Shown: in pieces, positions 36,634 through 48,900 of the stretch
Position numbering within the stretch: position 1 is the first letter of the stretch
Layout: every line of letters begins with the position of its first letter
Source of the DNA: Azolla caroliniana
Lineage: Eukaryota; Plantae; Polypodiophyta
Direction of reading: 5' to 3'
DNA length: 64,000 nucleotides
Assembly (NCBI GenBank): GCA_043228905.1
Contig: JBHGNT010000012.1
Span: 10,788,001 to 10,852,000, forward strand
Made by a program: the position numbers and the translations under genes
Notes under the pieces: generated by a model
The model's input: only the letters and a program-made list of their open reading frames with translations
The model's database searches: none
Told to the model about the DNA's origin: nothing

Positions 36634-37288
36634 TATCTTGCACAATGTTAGTGACTATATGCTTTGGCAAATGGGAGCAGGAAACTGGTTCTGAAGTTTC
36701 TTTTACAGTGCACGTCTTTCACTAATAGCATTGTATTGTTAATGATGGCTAATATCCTGTTAGTAATGAGCCTTACTGATTCTACTGCATTCTTGAAGTC
36801 TGTAAATGAAGCAAATTCCCATTTTATCTTCATGCATGGGCTGAAGGTTTTAGGCTGCATTTACAACACATCAGTTAGATGGGGAAGATTGTTGCATCCT
36901 GTTCTAATCTGTAGGCTATATAGGAAAAAACTCAAAAGAAATAAAAACTGAATTTAATAAGTTCTGGTCTTCTAACTAGTTTGATTACAACATTAAAATG
37001 TTATGAACAGTCATGAGTTCCCCTCCCCCACCTAGATCAAAGCAGTTCTAGGGATAAATGTCATATGACCCCTAATAGATTATAGTGTTTTACCATATTG
37101 GATTTGAGTGGGAGCATGAGAATCATGACTTTATTCAAAATTTAGCTAAAACTATTTTAAAAGGTCAAAATCAAAAGTAAATGAAGAAGGATGAAAACAA
37201 CTTATAATATTAAAAATGTAAAATTATAAAGAATTTGTTAAAATGCATGTCCTATGAGTGAAATGGCAAGAGCCCAAGCCCAACATTA

Positions 37289-37520
37289 ATTCCATAACCC
37301 TAGATAGCACATAGGTACATGGCCGATGTTCACCAAGCTTAAAGAAGAATATTGGTGGGTAGGAATGTACAAAGATATGTCACCATTGTGGAGACATGCA
37401 AGATTTACCAATTGCAATGGAATGTATGGCACATAATCCACACTACCTACTTGTTGGCAATGCACTACAAATGAATGGTGGATATAATGGTTATGCCAAC
37501 GTGAATGGGACATATATGAA
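37289..37520 (+). pseudogene. Highly decayed gypsy integrase zinc-finger remnant
   Basis: H...HIG..KLKEEYWWVGMYKD..VETCKIYQ read across a frameshift. Confidence 0.4.
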
Positions 37521-38587
37521 TGTTGGCATGGAAGGATTCCCCAAATTAGGTAGAGGGAAGAACTCTATGAAACACGACTACAATTTTCTTCAATTAGAAA
37601 ATGTTGCCTGATATTTTGCTTTGTGGGAAAAATTGTAGTAGGATGAGGGAAGTTGGCAGCTAACAAAGTTAAGGAACTCTTTGCATGGTTAGGTATAAAA
37701 CTTTCTTACAATCTATGATGGTCATCATGTGATGGCAATGCTCAAACCCTTGACTTACATGTACATATGCCACATGGTTGTTAGGTACGGTAATGATACC
37801 ATACGTATTTAACGTATTAATACGGGTATAGTACCTCCCAATTTTAAAATACGTTAAATACGTTTTTTAGTATGTTAAATACCTATAAAATACATAAAAT
37901 ACGTATAGTACGTTAAATACGTTAAATACTTCTAGAATTTGAAATTTATTTACTTTCTTAAAAAATATTTGTAATATTGTAATATTGTAACCGTGTATAT
38001 GCAATGTAACGAAGCATTCCATGGCTGTAGTTGCATCTTAAAAGTACTAAAGGGCAAATCGAGCAAATATGAGAATCAAAAGGATACAAATCAACAAATC
38101 AAATAGATATTTGTTAGGTAAAAAAAAACCCAAACTTGTTGGGCATTTGCAACAACAGCCAAGGCCACGAAGCAAAAACTGTATATCCCTCACATGATTG
38201 AGGGAATTCACATGATGAGTCATGACAAGCTAAAATTCTACAAAAAAAATCGTACTTTTGACAAAAACAACACTTTGACAAGAAGTGCAACATACCTATT
38301 GAAGAAAAGACCACATCTTTTGATTTGGAAAAAACCTTCAGAACACATAACATCGAATATTTGAGATACACTTACATTGCATTTTGTCAAAGAAATAGAA
38401 TGCATTGTAGGAACAAAATTTAGAAAAAAACCTTAACAACACATAACATCAGATATTTGACTTCTAAGAACACATAACTTGAACTATGTCCAAGACTCTA
38501 ATGTATCAAAATGGGCTTAGATCAAAGAAAAGTAACATATGGCTATTGAGCTTAGTAATAATGTACAGAAATCAGAAATATTAGCCA

Positions 38588-41316
38588 TTAGATCTCGTCC
38601 TCATCACAATCACCATCTTCATCATCAGATTCAGTGTTAGTTGATGACATCAACATAGGTTCTTCGTCAGTAAGATCATCATAATTTGTATGAATTGCTT
38701 CTTCTATTCCATTGACATTATCTTGATCATTTGGTGGTAAAGAAGCAAATGTACTTGATCTTGTTATTCTCCTATTACAAGAAGACTGCTCATCATCTCT
38801 TCTTGGCCTCTGCCTCCGTATTCGATCAATAGGGACTCCATCGCTTGATGTTGTCGTATGTGATCTTGTCATGCTCCTTGTCCTTCTTCTCATGCTCATT
38901 GTTTCTTGAAAATAAGTTTCATAGAATTCTCTATCCATATCATTCTCGTGGCTAATAGATGGAATATCAGGAGTCTTAGAGACATCTATCTCATTTGGAT
39001 TCACCTGCAAACAAGTTTATAAAAGCTTAACGAAATTTGAGGAATGTAAATTATAAGAAGTGAATAAAACAATACCTGCATTGGAGATGCATTCACAGTC
39101 TCAAACTTGCGAACTAGCCTTAAGTTCTCTCGCACATATACCAATCGTTCAAGTTGTGCTACCTTTAGTCTGTTTCTATTTTTTGTATGTGCGAGAGCAT
39201 GTGCATTCCAATTCCTTTCTGCTGCCCCAGAAGAGCAATCCTAATAGAAAACAAAATATGAAATAAAAGGTAGTACACAAAAGTGCAGTATTTTAGAACT
39301 TAACTATAAAATTGATCATTTTTTCAAAACTTGACACTTACTTGGGATAATATGCGGACAGCTAATGCTTGGAGCTTTGGAGTTCTTCCACCAAAATTTT
39401 CCCACCATGTGACTGGCGTCATCATAGATATCTCTTCACATGCTAATGCATAGCTAAATGTCCCTGTACCATTTCGATATTCATGCAATTCACGAAATAA
39501 GATATCACATTCAAGTGTCGAGTACAATTTTTCTGTATAGCTCATCCATGCATCCATTAACTCGGGGTTAATAAATGTAGCCTCCTCTCTCTACATCGGA
39601 TGCAGCAAATGAGCTACAAGGTGGATCGGCCTCTTGAACCATTTCCATCGTATGTCAAATAACTTCAAAACATCTTCGTACCTAAAAGGGTATTAGTAAT
39701 TACAAAATGATCTGATCTTAAAACATGAGAAAACATTTGGAGGTTTAATGCTAGGAAACCATAAAAAATTAAAATAAATATGAAATTTACTTGGATTTGT
39801 GGGGGATGTTTTCTTCCACTCCTTTTGCTAAAACATCTTTGCTTCTTCGCATAAACTCATATAACAAACCAATAGTGGATCCCTCCCTATTAGTAAGTCG
39901 TAAAACACTATACAATGGTGCCATTAGGGTCAAAACAACTTGAAACGAGGACTCAGTTGTAGGATCAAGGATGTAGTTCTTTACATTCATGGCATCTGGC
40001 TTATTGCAATCTGACCAAGACCTCCACATGTCACTCACCACTGTTTACTCAAGAGGATACCAAACTTTGAGCAAACGTTGTATGACAAGGTACATCACAC
40101 CAAACCTTGTCTTAGAAGATCTCAAGATGGCGAGGTTACTGTGAGCAGAAAAAAATTTCCTAGCATTCCTCTTCTTGCAAAAAAAACGTACGATATTATT
40201 TGCTTTCAACATAATACTTTTCATCCAAGGCAGCTGACCAATGTCCTCCAAAAGTAGATCCAAAGAATGGGTTGCACATGGAGTCCAAACAATATTAGGG
40301 AACTCTGATTCTAGCAAAGACCCCATGCGGACACAACTAGATGCATTGTCTGAAATGACTTGGACCACATTTTCCTTACCAACTTCACTAATTGCCTCTG
40401 AAATTCTTTCAGCTAACCAAGAGCTATCAACTGTTGGTGTTGTATTAGCATGACTACAATCAATGGACTTGAGGAACTTTGTCCCATAACAAGATGATAC
40501 GAGGACATTTACAAGTTGCCTATGAGAAACATCAACCCATCCATCTGTTAATATAGAACAACCATACTTGGGCCATAATCCTTTTACCCTTTCTAACTTT
40601 GCTTGCAAGGATATAACCTCATTTTTCAAGCCTTTCGTCCTCATGTAATTATATGTGACTCCATTATGTTTCTCTCCAATTGTAGAGAAAGCTTCTAACA
40701 TGTTCCACCAACATGGTGTTTTTAATAGATTAAATGACAAATTTGCTTCAATGATACATCTCACCTCCATAACGTTTGCATGTTGTTTCCTTTGCATTTG
40801 TAACACATGTCCTTTACGCAACGGTTGTTGTTTCACTATAATTGTTGGTGGATATGGTTGGCGACTACCACCACCCATACATGACATGCTTTGACTTTCA
40901 TCAACAAAGGTAGACGAGCATGAGGTAGAAACACCTAAAAGAAAATAAAATTCAAGATAAATAATTTACAATTATTTAAACATTAGTAATCAAGACACCT
41001 ATTGTAGGCTTGTGTCTATACCTTGTTCAGGCATGTTGAATGAGTCGATCTCTACTACTATATCTTCTTCTTCGCCAATTGCTTGGCTTCCACAATTACC
41101 ATACAAAGTTGTAAGGTCAATCAACATTTCCTTGGGGACATTGGTACATTTCGTTACTCCATGGCTAGGTTTTCCAATTAAATGAGCAATCATTCGTGTT
41201 GTTGACCCATGCATATGTTTGTTGCAAAATTTACAGTTCCAACTCCTATTTCTTGTTTGACTTCTTACGACATTGAGGCAACATGTATCCCAATATTTGT
41301 TCTTAATGGGCGGCAT
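38588..41316 (-). pseudogene. Intron-containing hAT transposase pseudogene (BED finger, DUF659-type core, C-terminal dimerisation region)
   Basis: YW..WNCKFCNK..GSTTRMIAHL..C (BED), CSILTDGW, VVQVISDNAS, WTPCATHSLDLLLED, TRF, and PVTWWENFGGRTPKLQALAVRILSQ; in-frame stops, for example at 40045. Confidence 0.88.
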
Positions 41317-41699
41317 TTTCCTTCTTTATTTTCTACAAATCAATAAAATTGAGATATTGAAAATGGAAAATAATGCACAAAAAGAGGAGCAAGATTATAT
41401 GAATGCATTAAAGCAAATCGAAGAACTGAAAACTTTGAATAGATCAACCTTCAGGGAGGATGAGGATTATACTACTTTAAATAAGCAACTACAGGATACT
41501 CAAGAGTATCTTTTATTCATAGAAAGCAAATACAAGAAAATGTTACAATTAAGGAAATGTATAAAAACAGAAAATTCAACTCTTTTGGAAGTTAAAAAGG
41601 AAGCAAAAATTACCATAACTTAACTAAAGAGCCTTAATGCTTAACGTAATAACGACATGCATAAAAGCAAAAAATTCAACAAGTTTGGAAGCCAAAAGG

Positions 41700-42180
41700 G
41701 AAGTAGCATTTGGTCAAGAAATCTATCTTGAAGATGTACAGAAAGGGTTCGATGAAGATCTATTTATTCATAGTGCTTTGCTAGATATGTATGTCAAATG
41801 TGGATCTATAGTGGAAGTGCAAAATGTTTTCAACCGAATGTCCAACCGAGATGTGGTATTATGGACAACATTGATTGCATGATATGCTGAGCATGGACCC
41901 GTTGAGGATGCATTGAAAAGCTTTGAAAAGATACAAGATGAGGGGATACTTATTACTACCAAACACTTCACCTTTTCTTGTGTCTTAAAGGAATGCTCTC
42001 ATTGGAGGGTTTGTTGAGTATAGAACTACTGAGAAAGCATTAGATTCTTTCGATAAAATGCAAGTTGATGGAATCTTTCCGGATGCATATACATTGCCCA
42101 TGTCCTAAAAGTGTGCGGTTTATTAGGGCCTACAGATAAAGGACAATCCATGTATATGGAGGCTGTATTGAAAGGGTTCT
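41700..42180 (+). pseudogene. PLS-class PPR gene fragment inside the hAT element
   Basis: SALLDMYVKCGSIVEVQNVFNRMSNRDVVLWTTLIA*YAEHGPVEDALKSFEKIQDEG..FTFSCVLKEC, followed by ALDSFDKMQVDGIFPDAYT. Confidence 0.82.
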
Positions 42181-42828
42181 AGCAAGTGCACATTTATTCA
42201 TACCCATCACATTCAAAAGCAGACAACCAAAACCATGATATTCCAAAAACTGAGTAGCTGTTAACAAAAATAAATATGCATTGCAAATGATAAAAAATGG
42301 GACATCATTAAAAAGGACCAAGCACTTTTTCCCATGACACGAAATTGAGATCTTCAATGTTTCTGGAAACCAATGTCATTTATAGTAACATGGAAAGTAA
42401 ATTAGAATGATCAATTTCTGAAATGAATTCAAATGGGATACAACCACTAAAATCAATAAGCAAAGGATTAGCTAATGCTACAAATTGTGAAAGATTTTGA
42501 ACACATTGTCTACATGTATACATACATGTTTGAGTTTCAACACATGGTTCCTATAATATTTTATCTCAACACTTGCAAAGAGGAGAGTTTTATTGCATGA
42601 CGTCAATTACAATTGTCTACCAATTTGTTACTTGTATAGATGCATTATTGTGGAATAGATAGATTGCTGGACACAAGCATACGTAAACTAGATCAACTAA
42701 AAATTAAATCTCCCTTGTCATTTGGTATTATCATACAACTTGACATTGGAATACAACAAAATGGGAGGTATTCTTAATCATAAAAAATAAAAGAAAGAAA
42801 CATATTCACTAACCTGATTGTATTTTCA

Positions 42829-42940
42829 TCTTCTTGTTCTTCTTGTTCTTGTTCTTGTTGTTGTTCTTCTTCTTGTGCTTCTTCTTCTTCTTCTTCTTCT
42901 AGTGCTTCTTCTTCTTCTTCTTCTTCTTCTTCTTCTTCTA
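42829..42940. repeat. (CTT)n-type microsatellite in the hAT 5' region
   Basis: Imperfect TCT/TGT run. Confidence 0.9.
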
Positions 42941-43266
42941 AGTCTATTCTGTCCGTCTTTCTTCCTTCCTTCTATTTTACTAAAGTTGTTCTTTTCTTTT
43001 GCTTTCTTTAGGGTTTTACTCACATTTTCTATAAATACGTACTATACGTATTTTTTTAAAGGTACGTTAAATACCGTATTAGACGAATGTATATGACATT
43101 TGAATGAACAACTTTGACGTATGGTACGTACTATACAAATAAGAAGGTATTATACGTATTGATACGTTAAATACGCGTACGTAAACAACGCTGATATGCC
43201 AATATCTTAACCATTAAGCCATTTGATAGTCATAATTATTATATTGTAAATGATAGTAGAAACCTA

Positions 43267-43309
43267 GAACATTCTAGAACTTCTTAGAACTTCCCGAAAC
43301 ATTCTAGAA
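43267..43309. promoter_or_regulatory. Heat-shock-element array in an LTR
   Basis: GAAcaTTCtaGAA..taGAA..caTTCtaGAA in 10-bp phase, upstream of the TATA box at ~43340. Confidence 0.65.
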
Positions 43310-43778
43310 AACCCTAAAATGCTCCACGACCCACTATGTATATAATGAAGGCCCCTCACTCTTGTTGAACCATTCCGGTTCAATACTAGTCTTAAGTGCT
43401 CCAACTAAGCTCTCTCTTGTATCTCTTTATCTTAATACATATTTCCTTTCATTGTTGCTCTCTCTTCTTCTATCTGCTATTATTAACAATGGGCACGATT
43501 TCGGTTTCAGTTTGATTTGGTTTGGTTTGAAGGCAAAGAAACCGAACCAAACCGTTTATGAACTCTCAAGTATTTAAACTAAACCATTTAAGAAAAAGTA
43601 AACCAAACCATTTAAATTCAAATCGTTTAGGGGAAAATTGAAACCAAACCGAACCATTTAATAAAAAATTTAAACCTAACATTTCAGTCAAACTAATTTA
43701 ACATCTAATAATAATAAATACATTAAATTAAATAAGCATTTAAGTTAAATCTATTAAATCAATATAAAACCATTATAT

Positions 43779-44841
43779 TGTGAAATGCACATAAGAGATC
43801 AAAACCAGTCTACTTAGCTTCTTACTTCTTAATCAATTTATAGTTGATACAATGGAACCCATTTGGGTTGGCTTGGCTAAAAAGGGTGTGCTAAAAGGGT
43901 GGGTCATTTTGGGCACACACATCCTAAAAAGGGTGTGCTAAAAGGGTGGCACAAAGGAACACATGCACACCACATTTCCCCCCTGCGAGAAACAAGAGAT
44001 TGAGGGGCATGAGTGACCATGTGTGGTCCTTGCCGGGAACTGGAACGGTCCTCGCTGAGAGTTGGAACACAAACACCAACGGGCGTGAGCAACCATGTTG
44101 TCCTCACCGAGAATTGGAACACGAACGAGTGAGTGACCATGTGGCCCTCACCGGGAACTGGAACATGAACAACAACGGGCATGAGCGACCATGTCGGTCC
44201 TCACCGGGATCCGGAACACGAACAATAGTTGGAGTGAGCGACCATGTGCGGTCCTCACCGGAGACTGGAACACAAACGGGAGTGAGCGACCATGCGGCCC
44301 TCACTGGGAACAAGAACAGGAACGGGAGTGAGCGGCCATGTGCGGCCCTCATCGAGAACTCGAACACGAATGGGCGTGAGCGACCATGCGGCCCTCACCA
44401 GGAACTAGAACACGAACACGAACACGAAAGAAACTAAAAAATAGAGACAATGAAGCGATGTTGATGATGAAGCGGTAGATATCGAGAGGCCTAACTAGTG
44501 AACTAAGGTGGTGCTAATAGAAGAGATACTACTACAAGAGACTAACAAGAGTGTCAGTGATGGTGGTGAGGGCGATGCTACCTACAAAGCGGAAGAGGCG
44601 GATGCTTGGATGTGGGGGACTGGTACCCCGTCATCTCCACCAATATGTGAAATGCACATAAGAGATCAAAACCAGTCTACTTAGCTTCTTACTTCTTAAT
44701 CAATTTATAGTTGATACAACGGAACCCATTTGGGTTGGCTTGGCTAAAAAGGGTGTGCTAAAAGGGTGGGTCATTTTGGGCACACGCATCCTAAAAAGGG
44801 TGTGCTAAAAGGGTGGCACAAAGGAACACATGCACACCACA
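43779..44841 (-). mobile_element. TRIM (1063 bp non-autonomous LTR retroelement)
   Basis: 196-bp LTRs at 43779-43974 and 44646-44841 (2 mismatches seen). PBS TGGTGGAGATG(A)CGGGGTA at 44624-44642 (tRNA-Ala-like) and PPT GCAGGGGGGAAA at ~43975-43986. ATAT flanks and a non-coding interior with tandem repeats. Confidence 0.93.
44005..44430. repeat. ~8 copies of a 48-63-bp repeat inside the TRIM
   Basis: gagcgaccatg(t/c)ggccctcaccgggaactggaacacgaac motif repeated. Confidence 0.85.
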
Positions 44842-45965
44842 ATATTAATAAACTATTAAGGTAAAAAATAGCTAACCAAAAACCTATAAACCTTTCAAAC
44901 CAACCTATAAACCTATAAACTAGAGTTTTAAAACCGAACTGAACCTTTTATCGAAAATCCAAACCAAACCATTAAATTTTTTTGGAACCAACAAACCGTT
45001 AAACCATGGCTTAACGGTTCGGTTTGGTTTGAGCCATAATCGTGCCCATTACTAGCTATTATCTCACTTATTTCCTTCCATAGTCATACTCTCGCACTCG
45101 CTCTATCCATTACTATCTCGTTTATCCCTTTCATCATCACTCTTTCCATTGCTCTTTCTATTGCTATATTGCCTCAGTTCTGATAGTTTGATCAAAGCAT
45201 TAATAGAACAATTCCATTTTGGCCTCTATAATGATGTCAAGGATTTACTTCTTACATTTCTTGAAGATCCCAAATCACTTATTAAAGCCATTTGTAGAGT
45301 TGTACAATGTGATAATTGACTTTTCGAGTGTCGATCAAAGCGACAACAATAATTCACAAGACCAAGGATTATGCCTACCTATGCATCTGCAATGACACAA
45401 TCACCCCCTCGGCAAACATATAATCCAGTTCCAATGGATTCTCTGACACCTATGGAGATATATGTGACACATCTACAAGGACCATTATTAGACAAGGAAA
45501 AACAATGATGTCGAGCAAATCTTCTTCACTTATATTGTGGTAGTTTAGGACATATAGCGGTGAATTGTTGTCATAGGTCTAGACGTCAGTTGAAAAATAT
45601 ATAAATGATAGGGGCTCAAGCTTAATTAGTTTGAGTTGGTTAAATGAAGCAAACCAACTAAGAAAACTCAAGCAGCCGAACCAAATCTCCAAACCATTTA
45701 AATGACAATTAAATGGCTTAATTTAGGCTTGAGTCAAATTGTTTCCAATTCCTATCTTCCCCACGAACGATGTCATGGAGTTGTGTGCATGTGTGTGAAA
45801 TGTGAGCGGTACCAACAAGGACTTGAACCATGGAAGATTGGTTTTGCTTGAGTAGATGACTTTGGAACTCTCATCATTCTCAATTGTAGTAAGTTCGAGA
45901 TCCCTTTAGGTGATTTGATAAACTTTGACAATTTGGTTATTTGTATGTGTTTGTGAACTCCTATG

Positions 45966-48900
45966 TGAAAAGAATAGCGTGCGGAAGCTTGTAGACAAAC
46001 TAGCTCAGCCGGATTACAATAATAAAACAGAGAATGACGATTTAATGGAAGCTTAAGAACAGAGAATACACAAGAGAGATGGAGAGAGAAGAAAGCATAA
46101 ACTCAATTCAAATAATAACACTCTGTACATACAATATGCTCTATGAGCACTTTTATACAAGTCCTTAAAAAGACTGACAAAAGTACTGAAAAGTACTTCA
46201 ATGCTCATACGAGCGATTGACACTGACTCCCAAAAATATGCCTACGTACTAGGCTAGATTCATAGGCCTCCAACAGCCTACCGGTTCCAATCCGGTCCGT
46301 CTCCCCAATCGGGCACCTAGTTCCGGATACCAATCCAGACACCGATCTAATTCTTCGTTCCGGACTCCAATCCGGCTCTGGCTTATTCAGCCGATCCAGA
46401 TCCGGTTGAGCTTGTCTTCTCAACTTGAGGTCAGATCGTAGTGTTTGTGTCTGTGGTAGCTGGTCCTCTCCTCTAGCTCCCCCTGGCGTCCTCCCGCCTT
46501 GCTCACGCTCCTCGTCCGGTCCAGTTTCATTTTCCACGACCTGTCTGGTCCCGCGCACCTCGACTTTCTCAGTTGGCTTGTCTGCTCCTTCGGCCCCTAT
46601 CAGCTCCCTTGCTATCGCGGTGCTGGCGCCCCTCGACCCGTCGACTCTTTCGTCTCGGCGTTGAATTCGGCTGCCTTCTTGTTCGCTTGGCCTTCAGTTG
46701 ATCCGGCTCCTCCGAATCAAACACCGCTTCCGAATCATGTAACCCCAATTCATTCCAGCTCTTGTCTGAATTGGTTGTCTCCAATTTGTCCTCTTCCAGG
46801 CCCTTGACGACATCTGCCCATGTCTTGGTCTTGGCCTTTCCAGCTTTGCCTCCCCCCTTTTCAGTTGGCTTTGGCTTGGGCTCTCCGCTCTAGTGGCTCC
46901 CCCTGCGTCTGGTTTCGGCTTTATTAGCCGTCCTGTGTAGTCCACCTTCTTCAGTCGGGCCGAAATTGAAATCGGTTTCTGGATCGGCTTTTCGTTCGTC
47001 TTCCTCATTCCTCCCCCTCAAGTTCGGCATATTGAGGTACTGCACACCTAGTGCACCGGAAAACTGCCACAACTTGTCTAAGCCGAGGGGTTTGGTGAAA
47101 ATATCAGCCACTTGCCGATCCGTTGGAACATACACCAGTTCCACTTCCCTAAAGAGAATGCGCTCGTAGACAAAATGATAGTGCACCTCAATGTGCTTAG
47201 TGCGGGCGTGAAAGACGGGGTTCTTAGACAACTAGATGTTGCTGAGGTTATCACAGTAGATCACTGTCGGATCAGATACCTCTACCTGCAAATCCTTTAG
47301 GAGCCTCGTAAGCCATATGGCTTCGCATTTTGTGATAGCCGCTCCTCGGTACTCGACTTCAATGCTCGACAGTGCAACTATTCGCTACTTCTTACTGCTC
47401 TAGGTGACCGCGGAGCTTCCTAGTGAAAACGCATTTCTCGATGTAGACCTATGATCGCCGGCATTTCCGGCCCAATCGGCATCCATGTAGCCGACAAGCT
47501 ATCCGGCTACACCGGTCCGATACAACAGCCCCCTATCCTTACTGCTGCTAACATATCACAAGATTCAATGTGCGCACTAAAGGTGCTCCACCGTCAGATA
47601 CACCATAAATTGATTGATCAATCCGACTAGATAACTGTGGTCCGGCCGGGTGATGGTCAGATAGATAAGGCTTCTGACAATCAGTCGGAACCCTTTGGGT
47701 CGCATGCCGTTCTGGAGTCGGGGCGAAGCTTAACATTCCGGTCCAAAGGAGTCGAGACGGATTTGCATTCCATCATACCGAATTTGAAGAGCATACTCAA
47801 CACATAGTGGTGTTGAGTGATCAGTACGTCTTCCGGGGTGCGGATCACTTTGATCCCGAGGAAGTAATGAAGTTCACCGAGATCCTTCATTTCGAACAAT
47901 GCCGCGAGCTGGGATTGGACACAGCCGATTTTGTCCAGGTCGGCGCCGGCGATAATGAAATCATCAACATAAAGTAAAATACTAACCGGTCCGTTCCGAC
48001 CTTGCCGGATGAAGAGAGAAGAGTTTGATTTCGATGGAGCAAACCCCATTCGACACAGTCTCTGGGTGATCTTCGCGTTCCAAGCGCGCAAGGCTTGCTT
48101 GAGTCCATAGAGGGACTTCTTCAATCGGCACACTGCCAATGTATTCACTCCGGACTGGAATCCGGGGGGCTGAACCATAAACACATATTCCTCAAGATCA
48201 CCTTGCAGGAACGCATTCTTCACATCCATCTGATATAGATGCCACCCCTTTGCCACTGGCACCGCAAGCAAGTCACGAACGGTCGTCATCTTTGCAACTG
48301 ACGTGAACGTCTCATCGTAGTCGATGCGGAGCTGCTGCGTGTAGCCCTTTGCCACTAACCGGGCCTTGTACCAGTTGATGGAGCCGTCGGTGTTGTATTT
48401 TACATTGTATACCCAACGACAACCGATCGGCTTCACTCCTTTCGGTACATCCACCAAATCCCACGTCTCGTTTTCCTGTGAGTGAGTGCATCTCTTCCTC
48501 CATAGCGGCACACCAATTTGCATCTTTTGCCGCATTTGCGTAGTTCTCCGGCTCACACACTTCCGCCAGCTTTGTCATGTACGCATAGTGATGCGCCATG
48601 TACTCATTATTCTGGCGGGTGGATCGGCGCAACTTCTGGCTCGCCAATTTCATGGACCTCTTGGCCGACTTAGACTTCTCTTCCGAAGTTTCGTCTTTAT
48701 TTTGTCCAAAGTCGGATTCGGTCCGATCCGACTCATCTCTGTCGGTGTCATATTCCGGCATCTTCTTCTTCCCCTTCTCTTTGCGCATGAATCGTCTCCT
48801 CAATTCCTTGCGCGAGGAAAGCACGGTTGAGTCTCCACTACTCGTTGACTCATCATCCAGTTGACCACTCTGACTCAACCAATCCGGATTTGGTCTACTT

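Larger units (their letters stand above)
37773..43193 (-). mobile_element. hAT-superfamily DNA transposon (5.4 kb)
   Basis: 8-bp TSD ATATGCCA at 37765-37772 and 43194-43201. Imperfect TIRs CATGGTTGTTAGGTACG / CAGCGTTGTTTACGTACG. Many subterminal TACGT motifs at both ends and an internal transposase. Confidence 0.9.
43484..45054. mobile_element. hAT-type MITE (hosts the TRIM)
   Basis: TIRs TAACAATGGGCACGATT / TAGTAATGGGCACGATT; 8-bp TSD GCTATTAT at 43476-43483 and 45055-45062; AAACC/GGTTT subterminal repeats. Confidence 0.88.
37723..45595 (+). mobile_element. Decayed G-family chromovirus: LTR (~37723-37772 + 43202-43483 + 45063-~45185) split by the hAT element and a MITE, followed by a gag remnant at 45200-45595
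   Basis: The rejoined LTR has an antisense tRNA-like module, an HSE array at 43267-43309 and GGTTCAATACTAGTCTT at 43377-43393. The remnant IEQFHFGLYNDVKDLLLTF..YCGSLGHIAVNC matches G gag. Confidence 0.75.

Noticed and set aside
42818-43096. Poly-Leu and poly-Arg ORFs (also 25870-26264, 56922-57568 and 58887-59430)
   Set aside because: Translations of microsatellites or of the antisense strand of real genes
43946-44437. 163-aa repetitive ORF in the TRIM; similar ORFs at 14499-15011
   Set aside because: Open frames arise from GC-rich tandem repeats; no domain motifs
45609-45754. Possible small MITE remnant (TAGGGG...TTCCTA with AAACC motifs)
   Set aside because: No convincing TIR pair or TSD
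45771-45960. Sixth tRNA-module LTR (TGTCATG start, minus-strand GGTTCAAGTCC at ~45819-45829)
   Set aside because: No A-box, HSE, TSD or matching end was found
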